Assembly: GCF_963921235.1 (NCBI RefSeq)
Contig: NC_086097.1
Location: 26,724,001 to 26,788,000 of the forward strand
DNA length: 64,000 bases
Reading direction: 5' to 3'
Origin: Mobula hypostoma
Lineage: Eukaryota
Numbering within the stretch: the first letter of the stretch is position 1; every line of letters starts with the position of its first letter. Made by a program: the position numbers and the translations under genes. Below the pieces are notes generated by a model. The model was given only the letters and a program-made list of their open reading frames with translations. It was not told where the DNA came from and did not search any database. This document shows, piece by piece, positions 24,720-37,465 of this stretch.

Positions 24720-25268
24720 CAGAAGACTTGAAAACTTCTACAGATGTACCGTGGATAGTATTTTGTGTGCTTTCACCACTGTCTGGTATGGGGGTGGGGT
24801 GGGGGGGGTGCTACTGCACAGGATTGAAGTAAGCTGCAGAGAGTTATAAAATTAGTCATCTTCATCATGGATACTAGCCTCCGTAGTATCCAAGACATCT
24901 TCAAGGAGAGGTGCCTCAGAAAAGTGGCTTCCATCATCAAGGACCCCCACCACCAGGCCATGCCCTCTTCTCATTGTTACCATCAGAAAGGAGGTACAGA
25001 AGCCTGAAGACACTCACTCAGTGATTCAGGAACAGCTTCTTCCCCTGTCATCCGATTCTTAAATGGACATTGAACCCTTGAACACTACCTCACTAGTTTT
25101 TTTAATTTCTGTTTTTTGCACTAACCTATCTTAATTTAACCATTTAATACACATATATACTTACTGTAATTCAGTTTTTTCTATATTTATTATGTATTGC
25201 ATTGTACTGCTGCTGCAAAGTTAATGAATTTCACATTACCCAGTGATAATAAACCCGATTCTGATTCT
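24720..25268 (+). mobile_element. Rex1/Babar 3' part
   Basis: aaaacttctacagatgtaccgtgga..catcaaggacccccaccacc..aataaacccgattctgattct. Confidence 0.8.
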
Positions 25269-25284
25269 CATCTAGTGATTCTTA

Positions 25285-25904
25285 TGTAATGCGCTGTAAG
25301 GTTTCACTGCTAATGTAATGGGTTGTTTTGTAATGTTCACTGCTGAGGTTACGGTTTCTCTGTAGCAGCAATGTTTGGGTTATGGCTGGAGATAACAGGA
25401 CTATGGATGCATGTTAGCCAATCAGGATTTTGTTGCCCTGTCTGGTGAATCTGGAAACAGTTGATCTTGTGGGCTTTTGCCAGAGAGGGAGAGAGAGAGA
25501 GAGAGAGAGAGAGATGAAGAGAGAAGACGTGAATCGAGAGATCTGGTAGACTGCTGGACGGGGTGGACTTGGAGGGAGGGTCCGAAGGGCAGCGACGATC
25601 GGAGGAGGTAGGTGGGGATCGATCAGCCTACGTGTGAGCTCCAACTTTGTGCACAGACTGTTTACTAAGATTTGGGCCTTTTTAAAATATATATATTTTG
25701 TTTCTCTACTAACCATATAGTCAAAGTAGGAGTTATAAAGCTTAATCATTTAATCGCATATTGTGTACTGTTTGTTATTTCAGGGTACTCACTTGTAACA
25801 GGGGACACGTCGTGCAGCATCCACCCAAATAAGATTTCTTAAGTTTGGCTGGGCAGGGGGCTATCACCCCTTATATTAAGCCACTAGGCGAAGCAAGTGT
25901 TACA
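25285..25904 (+). mobile_element. Solo LTR (620 bp) containing a (GA)n tract
   Basis: TGTAATGC...GTGTTACA; 4-bp TSD CTTA at 25281-25284 and 25905-25908; interrupts a CR1 (tctagtgattctta|aaagatgattac). Confidence 0.88.
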
Positions 25905-28435
25905 CTTAAAAGATGATTACTAATGCCTCCACAATCTCTTCTGCTACCTCTTTCAGAATCCTTGGGTGCAGCCCACCTGGTGCAGGTGACTTATCTACTT
26001 TCAGACCTTTCAGCTTCCTAAGCACCTTCTCCTTAGTAATAACAACTAAACTCCCTTCTGCACTGACACTCTCAAATTTCTGCCATACTGCTGGTGACTT
26101 CCACAGTGAAGACTGATGGAACATACTTAATTCAGTTGTCCGCCATTTCTTTGTGCCCCATTACTACCTCCAGCATCATTTTCCAGCAGCCCAATGTTCA
26201 CTCTGACCTCTCCTTTACTCTTTCTATATCTGGAAAAAAATTTGATAACCTCTTTTATATTATTGGCTAGTTTACCTTCATTTCATCTCTTCTCTCCTCA
26301 TGGCTTTTTAGTTACCTTCAGCTGGTTTTTAAAAGCTTCCCAATCCCAATATTTTTTGCGATATTATATGCCATCTCTTTTGTTTTTATGTTGTCTTTGA
26401 CTTCACTTGTCAGCCATGGTTGCCTCTTCCTCCCTTTAGAATACTACTACTTCTTTGGGCTGAATCTGTCCTGCACCTTCCGAAATACTTCCAGAAACTT
26501 TATACTTTATACTTTATTGTCACCAAACAATTGATACCAGAGCGTACAATCATCACAGCAATATTTGATTCTGCTCTTCGTACTCCCTGGAGTACAAATC
26601 GATAGTAAATATTAAAAATTTAAATTATAAATCATAAATAGAAAATAGAAAAGGGAAAGTAAGGTAGTGCAAAAAAACCGAGAGGCAGGTCCAGATATTT
26701 GGAGGGTATGACCCAGATCCGGGTCAGGATCCGTTCAGCAGTCTTATCACAGTTGGAAAGAAGCTGTTCCCAAATCAGGCCGTAAGAGTCTTCAAGCTCC
26801 TGATCCTTCGCCCGGAGGGAAGAGGGACAAAAAGTGTGTTGGCTGGGTGGGTCGTGTCCTTGATTATCCTGGCAGCACTGCTCCGACAGCGTGTGGTGTA
26901 AAGTGAGTCCAAGGATGGAAGATTGGCTTGTGTGATGTGCTGGGGTGTGTTCACGATCTTCTGCAGCTTCTTCTGGTCTGGGACAGGACAACTTCCATAC
27001 CAGGTTGTGATGCACCCTAGACGAATGCTTTCTATGGTGCATCTATAAAAATTAGTGAGGGTTTCAGGGGACAGGCCAAATTTCTTTAGTTTTCTCAGGA
27101 AGTAAAGGCGCTGGTGGGCCTTCTCGGCAGTGGACTCTGCTTGGCTGGACCAAGTCAGGTCATTTGTGATATTGACCCCGAGGAACTTAAAGCTTTTGAC
27201 CTGTTCCACTTGCGCACCACCAATGTAAATGGGGCCGTGTGGTCCACTACTCCTTCTGAAGTCAACAACCAATTCCTTCGTCTTGCTGACATTGAGGGAT
27301 AGGTTATTGCCTTCGCACCATGCCACCAGGTTCTTAATTTCCTCTCTGTACTCAAACTCATCATTACCCGAGATACAGCCTACAATTGTGGTGTACAACT
27401 CCAGCTATTGCTATTCTGCTGTCACATCTGCTAGTGTCCCCTTCCAATCAACTTCGTCCAATTCCTCATTCATGCCTCTGTAGTTGCCTTTCTTCTACTG
27501 TAATACAGTTATATCTGATTTTAGCTTTTCCCTCCCAACCTGTAGGGTGACTTCTGTCATATTATATGATTACTGCCTGCTAAGTGTTCCTTTACCTTAA
27601 GCCCCCTAATCAAGTTTGGTTTCATTACACAACATTCAATCTAGAATTGCCTTTTCTCTAATATGCTCAACAAGAAGCTGCTTCAAAAAGTCATCTCATA
27701 GGCATTCTACAAACCAGTCATTTTTGTACAAGTCATATCTTCCACAGAAGAGATCCCAATGATCCAGAAATCTGAAATCCTGCTCCCTATACCAGTTCCA
27801 CAGCCTCACATACATGTGCCAAATCATTCTATTCTAACCTTCACTGGTGCTTGACACAGGCAGAAATCTAGAGATTACTACCCTTGAGGTCCTGTTTCTC
27901 AGCTTCCTACCTAATCCGAGATGTCCCTGACCCTGGTACTTGGGAGGCACCATTGCATCTGGATGTCTCTTTCACATGCACAGAATCTCTTGTCTGCTCC
28001 TCTAATTATTGGATCCCTATCACCACTGCAATCCTCCTCTCCCCCTTTTCATTCTGAGCCACAGAGCCAGTGCCAGAGACCCATTTGCTGTGGCTTCCCC
28101 CGGCAGGTCGTCCTCCCACAACCATATCCAAAGTAACATACTTATTATTGAGAGGAATGGCCACAGAGTACTCTGCACTGTCTGCATATTCCCTTTCTCT
28201 ATCCCAACATTCACCCAGCTACCTGCCCCCTACAACCTGGGGTGACCACCTCCCTATCTATAGCTCCTATCCATCACCTCCTCATTGTCTCACATGAGCC
28301 GAAGGTCACTGAGCTGCAGCTCTAGTTCTCTAACATGCCTTGTAAGGAGTTGATGCTGGTGCACCTTGTGCAGATGTAGTTATCAGGGAGACTGGAGGTC
28401 TCTCGGAGCTCCTGCATCTCACATGACCCTGGACC
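25905..28435 (-). mobile_element. CR1 5' portion (ORF1 zinc finger/esterase and ORF2 fragments), interrupted by a Rex element
   Basis: LKVDKSPAPGGLHPRILKEVAEEIVEAL; ORF1-like CEMQELRETSSLPDNYICTRCT; may be more than one copy. Confidence 0.75.
26500..27396 (-). mobile_element. Relatively young Rex1/Babar LINE, 5'-truncated
   Basis: ORF 26775-27398 WCEGNNLSLNVSKTKELVVDFRR..FKFLGVNI..LPSGRRIRSLK; (ataaagt)n tail; TSD aact. Confidence 0.9.
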
Positions 28436-29389
28436 CATTTTCACTGAATTAGTTCTGCACAAATAGACAAAGAAAGACAGTACATGGATGGGAGGGCAAT
28501 GGAGGGCTATGGCCCAGGTATGGGTCAATGGAACAAGGCAGAATGACAGTTTTGCACAGACTAGATGGGCCAAAGGGCCTGCTTCTGTGCTCTAGTACTC
28601 TGTGACTATGACTCATAAAACACAGGAGCAGAATTAGGTCATTCGGCCCATCAAGTCTGCAGCATTTGATCATGGCTGATTTATTATTCCTCTGAATTCC
28701 ATTCTCCTGCCTTCTCCCCTTAACCTTTGAAGCCCTTACTAATCAAGAATCTATCAACTTCTGCTTTAAATATACCCAAGGACTTGGCTTCCACAGCCAT
28801 CTGTGGCAATGAATTCTACAAATTCGTCTCCTCTGGCTAAAGAAATTCCTCCTTATCTCTGTTCTAAAAGGATTTAACAATAAATACAGTGACCAGGGGA
28901 AAACAGTATCATGGTGCCACAATGGATGTGTGAAATCTTCGGGACTGACTCATTAATGCTGGGTATTTCACATTGCTACCTAATGCTAAAACCCCTCACA
29001 GCTTGTGCCAAGTTTAAGTGCACTTCAGGTGACACAGTCAAAGGTAAGGAACTGATTTTATTCATATCTCGGATGTGGGCACCACTGCCAAAGGCAGTAC
29101 TAGCCAAAAGAAAGAGGATCAGCCATGACTGAATGGCAGAGCAGACTCGACAGGCCAAACGGCCTAATTCTGCTCTTATGTCTTATGGTCAAATGGCCTG
29201 AAGAAGCTGGTGATGAAACATTTTCCCTGAACTGCAGAACTTGCATCTCTATACATGTATGTATAATTATTTGTAAGGTTTATGTATAACTTGTTTTTTT
29301 CTTGTGAATGCTGCTCATCTGATGCTAGGTGTCTGTGATGCTTCTGTAAGAATGCTTCCCAATGCACCTGAGCATTGATGTGATGTAAA

Positions 29390-29632
29390 CGTGGTGTAGC
29401 AGTTAGTGAAAACGCAATCAGTGTTCAATTCCCACTGCTGCCTGAAAGAAGTTTGTACAATCCACACCGCCCCCCCGTCTGACTCCATGGGTTTCCTCCC
29501 ACATTCCAAAGACGTACAGATGAGTATGGGTAAGTTGTGGGCGTGCTATGTCGGCACTGGAAGCACGGCGACACTTGTGGGCCGCCCCAGCACATATTCA
29601 GATTGTGTTGGTTGTCGCTGCAAATAACACAT
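29390..29632 (+). mobile_element. tRNA-derived V-SINE-like SINE
   Basis: gtggtgtagcagttag (A box), gttcaattccc (B box), core gggtttcctcccacattccaaagacgtac. Confidence 0.75.
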
Positions 29633-29670
29633 TTCTAAGTTCAAGATACATTTATTATCGAAGTATGTAT

Positions 29671-30545
29671 TGTGACGAGAATACACATAGATTAAGATGT
29701 AGCTGTCCTGTGCTGGCACCAGTGGGATCAGCAGTTGGTCTGCCACCTGTCTTCAGGAGAGAGAGAGATAAGGAAAACAATTGAGCAGCATTTGGAGATG
29801 TGTAATGAAGGGACGGGAGAGAGAGTAACAGAAGGAGAGAGCTGTCAAGATCGGCTCCCCCCTTTGAACCCTGAACTGTTTGAAGTGATGGACAGGCGAT
29901 ACCCCAGCAGGGGGATAAAAAGGGACAGGTTCGCTAAGGCAGGACACACACGACACCCGAGGTAACAAGACCTTGGAAGCGGTGCGTCTCTCACAAGTCG
30001 GTGGGAAGTACCGGGCCATAAACGCACAGGGTGGAAAGGCACGATCGGCGGGAACCTGGTGTGTGTCCACCCTTGCCTGGGTGCCAGGTTCACCGCAGGG
30101 AAACGATCGTATCTGGAAACGGAGGGGTCATGGTTGGTGACCTCAGATGACATCACAAAGGACTCACCCAAAAGCTGACTGCGAAGGTCTGTCTGGAAGC
30201 CTTGAATATTCATTCGTTTTGCTCTCTCTCTCCTTCCCCCCACACTGTCCATCTCCCACGGCAGCGATTACTGCGAACTGAACTGAACTAAATTGAACTG
30301 AACTTTGCGTCACTTTGAAACTGGTCATTTACCCCTAGACAACGATAAAGCTTGATTGATCCTGTTATCTTAATTCTGTGTACATGTATGTTTATCATTG
30401 CTGAACTGTTGCATTCATTATCCTTTTGATTAGAGTACTGTGTTGCTTATTTCTTTAATACAACTTTTTTAGTTCTAGTAATCCAGAGTCCAACTGAGTG
30501 ATCCATTTCTGCTGGTTTGGCAACCCAGTTATGGGGTACGTAACA
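29671..30545 (+). mobile_element. Solo LTR (875 bp)
   Basis: TGTGACG...CGTAACA termini; 4-bp TSD GTAT at 29667-29670 and 30546-30549; TATA-like gataaaa near 29915; inserted in a Rex 3' end. Confidence 0.88.
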
Positions 30546-31424
30546 GTATGTATACATTACGCATTATGAGATTTGTCTCCTTACAGGCAAAGAAAACCAA
30601 AAGAACCCATTAAAAAAAATGATAAAAACTCAATGTGCAGAGAGAAGAACATGTGACAAATAAAGCTAATTTACTCAAATTACTTTGCAGTGACAAACAC
30701 ATTTCTGGAAGCAATCAGCCAGTTAAGCAGCATCTATGGGAGGAAAAGACAGGAAGGAAATGAGTTGTTGATATTTCAAATCCGAGCCCTGTCCTGACAC
30801 GGGTTTGACACAAAACATCAACATTCCTTCCCTCCCACAGATGCTGCTTGACCAGCTGAGTTCTTCCAGCAGATTCTTTGTTGCTCCAGATTCTAGCGCT
30901 TGTGTTCCCTTGTGTCTCCAGTTTGATCAGTGGGTGCAGATGTAATTTTACTTGTTGGGAACAGCAGATGAGAACAAAATTAGGGTCCAGAAATGTACTG
31001 ATTGGATCCAATTTAAGGGATTTATTTTCAATTGGGAGAGGAGATACAATGTGGAATTCCAATGAGATAATTCACTGGAATGTGAGGCTAGCCATCCAGT
31101 ATTTAATCAATAATCACCATTAGCACTCTTAGATAACACTACAGCAAACACTGAAGACTAAACATACTGACTGGAATATCGGCAAACTGTCTGCTAAGAC
31201 ACTCACACTAACATTAAGAATTGAATATCTGCTAAGTTTTACATTAATATGTAATTGTTAGCAATATCCAAAAATGGTTATGTCCTTGTCTATTCTTGTC
31301 TATGCAATTACGTACAAGGACTGAGGAAAAGCCACAGCACGTAGACTCCTTGTGATGTTTAATACGGACAAGAGTGCTTTGGAAGGTGAAATGCAAGAGT
31401 AAGTAAATAAACACAGTAAATAAA

Positions 31425-31720
31425 GAGAAAGATTAGCTTTATTTGTATATGTATATCGAAACATACAATGAAATGCGTCGTTTGCATCAATGACGACCAA
31501 CACAGTCCAACGATTGTGCTGGGGGCAGCTCGCAAGCAGTCGCCATGCTTCTGTCATCAATGTAACATGCCCACAGCTTACAAACCGTCACCTGTATGTC
31601 TGGCGTGTGGGAGGAAACCAGAGCAGTGGAGGAAATCCCCACGGTCATGGGGAGAACACACAAACTCCTTATGGATAGAGGCAGGAATCAAATTACAACC
31701 AAGCAACTGGCACTGAACAC
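31425..31720 (-). mobile_element. V-SINE-like SINE
   Basis: gtgggaggaaaccagagcagtggaggaaatcccc is the reverse complement of the SINE core. Confidence 0.7.
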
Positions 31721-32064
31721 GACGGAGCAACCCCAGCCCAGCAACTTTGGGAGGACTGATGTACAAAGGGTCCTTGAGGTGCAAATGGACAGTCCCCTGA
31801 AAGTGGCAACATACATAACAGGGTGGTAAATGCAATGTATGGTGTGCTTGCCTTCATTGGTCAGGATATCGAGTACACATCAGGGAGTCGTGTTCCAGCT
31901 GCTTGATTCTGTTCCTGTGCTGAACTGCTCCATGATGTATATGTTCTATGTACAGTATTTGATTCCACTATCTCCTCATTTCTCCCGAATCATCTCAGTG
32001 GCTCATAAGGAAGCGTCGAACCCTTGGCTCAGAGTTGGAGACCTCTTCTCAGAAACAGAGGGCA

Positions 32065-32903
32065 TCCTCACAAACTGCTGGAGGAGCTCAGCAGGCCAGG
32101 CAGCTTCTATGGAAAAGAGTACAGTTGGCGTTTCGGGCCGAGACCCTTCGGCAGGACTGGAGGAAAGAAGCTGAGGAGTAGATTTAAAAGGTGGGGCGAG
32201 GGGAGAGAGAAACTCAAAGTGAGAGGTGAAACCTGAAGGGGGAGGGATGAAGTAAAGAGCTGGGAAGTTGATTGGTGAAAGAGACAGAAGGCCATGGAAG
32301 AAAGAAAAGGGTGGAGGAGCACCCAGAGGAACATGAAAGGTGGGCAAGGACAGAAGGTGAGAGAGGGAAAAGGGGGGATGGGAAATGGTGAACTGGTGGG
32401 GGAGCATTACCAGAAGTTAGAGAAATCGATGTTCATGCTATCAGGTTGGAGGCTACCCAAAATGAATACAAGGTGTTGTTCCTCCAATTTAAGTGTTGCT
32501 TCATCACGGCAGTGCAGGAGGCCATGGATAGACATATCGAAATGGGAATGGGTGGCCACTTTTTTGGCAGATGGAGCATAGGTGATGGTGAACTGGTCTC
32601 CTAATTGGATCTCACTGATATACAGAAGGCCACACTGGGAGCACTGAACATAGTATATGACTCCCAACAGACTCACAGGTGAAACGTCACCTCACCTGGA
32701 AGGACTGTTTAAGGCCCTGAATGGTAGTGAGGGAGGAGGTGTAACACTTGTTCTGCTTGCAAGGATAAGTGCCAGGAGGGAGATCAGTGGGGACAAGGGA
32801 ATCACGTAGGGAGTAATCCCTGCGGGAAGCAAAAAGTGGGGGCGAGGGAAAGATGAGCTTGCTACCCTGCCCCTGCACCTCCTTTCTCACTACCATTCAG
32901 GGT
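32065..32903 (-). mobile_element. Penelope-like element (GIY-YIG region plus terminus) with a short 5' inverted duplication
   Basis: GVIYYVQCSQCGLLYISE; DLPPGTYPCKQNKCYT; mutated hammerhead at 32122-32159; 32861-32903 inverts about 32715-32745. Confidence 0.85.
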
Positions 32904-34164
32904 AAAACTTTTCCTTATAACTCAGATCCTCAAGACCTGGCAAAATCCTTGTAAATTGTCTCTGTACCCTTTCCATCTTATTGATATCTTTCCTGTAGGA
33001 GGGTGACCAGAACTGCACACAGTACTCCAAATTTGGCCTCAGCAACATCTTATACAACTTCAGCCAGCAGGCAATATTCTGGTGAATCTCCTCTGCTCGC
33101 TCAGGTACAATGACACACAGGACTAAACAGAAGATCCTAAGTGTGGCTCAACTTGTGTTTTGTAAAGTTACAACACGCATCCCAATTTGTATATTCTATA
33201 CTCCAACCTGTGAAGGCAAGCACACCATGTGCCTTCACCACCATCCAGTCGACTGGTATTGCTCTAAGTATCTCAGCCTTCTTCAGTGCCCTACCATGTC
33301 CTTGTCCTATTTGTCTTCCCAAAATACAGCCAATGCTCTGCCCAACTTACCATCTGATCCTGTAAGACTGTAAGATGCTCTCTGCAGCTCTACTCAATAC
33401 AATTGTTCCACTTTTTTAAATCTAAATTTTATGATACCCTTGCAACTTAGTGTCAGGATCAGAATCAGATTTATATCACTGATGCAAAATTTGTTGTTTT
33501 GTGGCAGCAGTAAAATGCAAGGTACATAGATCTATATATTATAAATATGAATAAATAGTGCAAGAAAGGAATAACGAGCACGTTATTCTGTATTCTATTA
33601 CTGTTTTATCTTGTACTACCTCAATACACAGATGTAATGAAATGATCCTGCAGTGAGGAATGACTCAGATCGATTGAGGAGGCCAGGAGTTGGGAGGCAA
33701 GGGTCTGGCCGGTTCTGCTCGTTTCTCCGTATCGTTTACATAGTTCTTCACTACACTGTGTAGTTCTTCACTACACTGAGGCTGAGGCTGTACCTTGGTA
33801 CATGTGATACAGTAATAAGAACACACCAATTCTATCCTGGCAAAGCCTGAGAAACACAATATTCTGCAGATGCAGGAAATCTAGAGCAACACACTCAAAA
33901 TTCTGGTCAAATAGTATCTATGGAGAGAAACACCTCATGAAAAATGATGCATCAGGGCTAATTAACCTAATCAAAACCCTAATGTAATTATAAACTAGAA
34001 AATAAAACACAAAGGAACCAGTTTAATACTGACTCAGTAACTAAAAATACAGCAAGCTACAGATATACAGAAAGTTCAGCAGGTCAGGAAGCATCCGTGA
34101 AGGGGAATAAACAGTTAATGTTTTGGAATGAGACCCTTCACCAAGACCCTTCCAGTCCTGATGA

Positions 34165-34753
34165 ACTTTGACAAACTTCTATAGATGCACAGTGGAGAGT
34201 ATCCTGACTGATTGGATCACAGCCTAGAATGGAAACATTAATGCCCAAGAACAGAAAAGCATTAAAAAAGTGGTGGATCCAGTTCATTACAGATAAAGCC
34301 CTCTTCACCATGGAGCACAGCCACAAGAAAGCAGCATCCATCATCAAAGACCTCCACCATCTCTTCTCCCTGCTACCACTGGGATGGAGCTACAGGGGCT
34401 ACAGATCTCACACTACCAGGTTCAGGAACAACTATTACCCTTTCAAGCATCAGGCTCCTGGCCAGCATTGATAACTTCGCTGACCCAAATACTGGACAGC
34501 TTTCACAAATTTCTTTCAAGGACTCTACAACTCATGTTTCCAGTATTTTTTTTTATTTATTTTGATACTTTTTATATTTGTACAGTTTGTCTTCTTTTGC
34601 ACATTGGTTGTTTGTCAGTGACGGTCTGTAGTTTTTCACTGATCGTATTGTATTTCTTTGTTCTATTGTAAATGTCACCAAGATAACGAATCTCAAGTTA
34701 GTATTTGGTGACATATAGTGTACGTACTTTGATAATAAATTTACTTTGAACTT
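34165..34753 (+). mobile_element. Rex1/Babar 3' part inserted in a Penelope terminus
   Basis: Flanks cagtcctgatgaa| ... |gggtctcaactg; tail tttactttgaactttgaa. Confidence 0.8.
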
Positions 34754-36469
34754 TGAAGGGTCTCAACTGTTTATTCATCTCCATCGATGCTGCCTGACCT
34801 TCTGAGTTCCTCCAGCACTTTGTGTGTGTTGCTCTTTTGCAGCCTCATACAACAAGGGACTGACCTTTCAGTCGGTGAACAGTTAGGGAACACTGATCAC
34901 GACTCCTTAACTTTCAGGATAGCTATGGTCCTTGTGGGAGAGTTTTAAACTGGAGTAGGGCAAATTACGAGGGTGTTAGGCTGGAAGTAAGAAGCATTAA
35001 TTGGGGACACCTTTTCTATGGCAAGTCCACATCAAACATGTGGAGGGTGTTTAAAGATCAATTGCACACAGAACAGGAAAGGTATGTTCCTGTTAGGAGG
35101 AAAGATGGGGATGGAAAGATAAAGAGAACCTTGGTGATGAATTTAGTCAAGAAGTATGTAAAGCTTTGGAAGTTAGAATCAAATGAAATACATGAGGAGA
35201 ATAAAGATGCCCAAAAAGAACTAAAGAATGGAATTAGAAAAGCTAGGAGGGGCCATGAAAAGTCCTTGGTAAGTAGGATTAAACTGAATCCCAAGGCATT
35301 CTATACATACATCAAGAACATGTGGATAACTAAGGAGAGGGTGAGACCACTCAAGGAAAAAGAAGGGAGCATTTGCTTGGACACAGAGAATGTGAGTGAG
35401 GTACTTAACAATTACTTTGGTTCAGTATTTACGATGGAAAAGGATATGGAGGACCGGGAGATCAGTGCTGAGTGTATAAATACATTAGGGTGGTTAGAGG
35501 TCAAGGAGGAGGAAGAGTTGGGTGTCCAAATGAGTATTAAGGTGGACAAGTCCCTAGGGCTGGATGGAATTTACCCCAGGTTATTGAAAGAGGCAAGAGA
35601 AGAGATCACTGGGCCCTTGACCAGTATCTTTGTGTCCTCCCTAGCCACAGATGAGGCCCCAAAAAACTGGTGAGTGGCTAATGTTGTACCTCTATTTAAG
35701 TAGGGGACAGGCAAAATCCTGGGAACTATAGGCCAGGGAGTCTCACGTCAGTTGTAGGGAAATTGCTGGTGAAAACTTTTAGGGATAGGATATATGAGCA
35801 TTTGGAAACTCATGGCTTAATTAGGGAGAGCCAGCATGGCTCTGTGTGTGGCAGGTTGTACCTTACCAGCTTGATTGAGTTTTTTGACAAGATAATGAGA
35901 GAGATTGATGAGGGTAGGGCAGTGGATGTCATCTGCATGGATTTTAGTAATGTGTTTGACAAAGTCCCTCATGGGAGGCTAGAAGACTAAGATGCATGGG
36001 GTCCATGGTGAATTGGTTGTTTGGACTCAGAACTGGCTTGCGTAAAGAAGACAGGGGGTACTGGTTGAAGGGACATTCGAGCTGGAGGTCTGCAATTAGT
36101 GGAATTCCTCAAAGATCTGTGCTGGGACTTCTCTGCTGTTCATGACGTAAATAAATGATCTGGATGAAAATACAGATGGGTTTTTAGTAAATTAGCAGAA
36201 AGGAACAACAGCCAAGATTGGTGGAGTTGCAGATAGTGTAGAAGACTGGCAAAGAATACAGCACAATATGGATCAGTTGCAAATATGGGCTGAGAAATGG
36301 CAGATGGAGTTCAACCTAGGTGAGGCGTTACACCTTGGTAGGGCAGATATAAGGACAAGAACCTTAACAGTTCTGCTGAGCAGAGAGATCTTGGGATCCA
36401 AATTCATAGTGCCTTGAAAGTGGCTACACCCAGGTCGATAAGCTGGTTAAGAAGGCTTATAGAATATTT

Positions 36470-36878
36470 ATAGAACATAGAACATAGAATAGTACAGCAC
36501 AGTACAGGCCCTTTGGCCCACAATGTTGTGCCGACCCCCAAACCCTGCCTCCCATATAACCCCCCACCTTAAATTCCTCCATATATCTGTCTAGTAGTCT
36601 CTTAAACTTCACTAGCGTATCTGCCTCCACCACTGACTCAGGCAGTGCATTCCACGCACCAACCACTCTCTGAGTAAAAAACCTTCTTCTAATATCCCCC
36701 TTGAACTTCCCACCCCTTACCTTAAAGCCATGTCCTCTTGTATTGAGCAGTGGTGCCCTGGGGAAGAGGTGCTGGCTATCCACTCTATCTATTCCTCTTA
36801 TTATCTTGTACACCTCTATCATGTCTCCTCTCATCCTCCTTCTCTCCAAAGAGTAAAGCCCTAGCTCCCTTAATCTCT
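36470..36878 (-). mobile_element. Young CR1 3' end inserted antisense into a CR1
   Basis: 8-bp TSD gaatattt at 36462-36469 and 36879-36886; (atagaac)n tail. Confidence 0.9.
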
Positions 36879-36970
36879 GAATATTTGCTTTTATTAGTTC
36901 AAAAGTCGGGATGCTATGTGGCGACTTTATAAAACACTGGTTAGGTACATCAGGAGTACTGCATACAGTT

Positions 36971-37465
36971 GAGGGAGTGCAGCGTAGGTTCACAAGGTTA
37001 ACTCCTGGGATGGCGGGACTGTCATATGTCGAAAGATTGGAGCGACTGGGCTTGTATACTCTGGAATTTAGAAGGCTGAGAGGGGATCTTATTGAAACAT
37101 ATAAGATTATTAAGGGATTGGACACGCTGCAGGCAGGAAGCATGTACCCGCTGATGGGTGAGTCCAGAACCAGAAGCCACAGTTTAAGAATTAGGGGTAG
37201 GCCATTTAGAACAGAGTTGAGGAAAAACTTTTTCACCCAGAGAGTGGTGGATATACAGAATGCTCTGCCCCAGAAGGCTGTGGAGGCCAAGTCTCTGGAT
37301 GCTTTCAAAAAAGAGATGGATAGAGCTCTTAAAGATAGTGGAATCAAAGGTTATGGGGATAAGGCAGGAACTGGATACTGATAGTGGATGATCAGCCATG
37401 ATCATAGTGAATGGCGGTGCTGGCTTGAAGGGCTGAATGGCCTACTCCTGCACCTATTGTCTATT
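36971..37465 (+). mobile_element. Young CR1 3' end inserted in the sense orientation into a CR1
   Basis: Near-identical to 49652-50130; host resumes at gttttggtcgctcc; short gtt duplication. Confidence 0.88.

Noticed and set aside
25482..25513. (GA)n tract as an independent regulatory element
   Set aside because: Ordinary microsatellite inside a solo LTR
29390..29445. tRNA gene
   Set aside because: Only A/B-box remnants fused to a SINE core; no cloverleaf
33741..33778. Direct repeat tagttcttcactacactg x2
   Set aside because: Simple 20-bp slippage duplication with no further structure
36457..37347. 296-aa ORF as a novel gene
   Set aside because: Chimera of an antisense shadow of one CR1 and the sense 3' end of another
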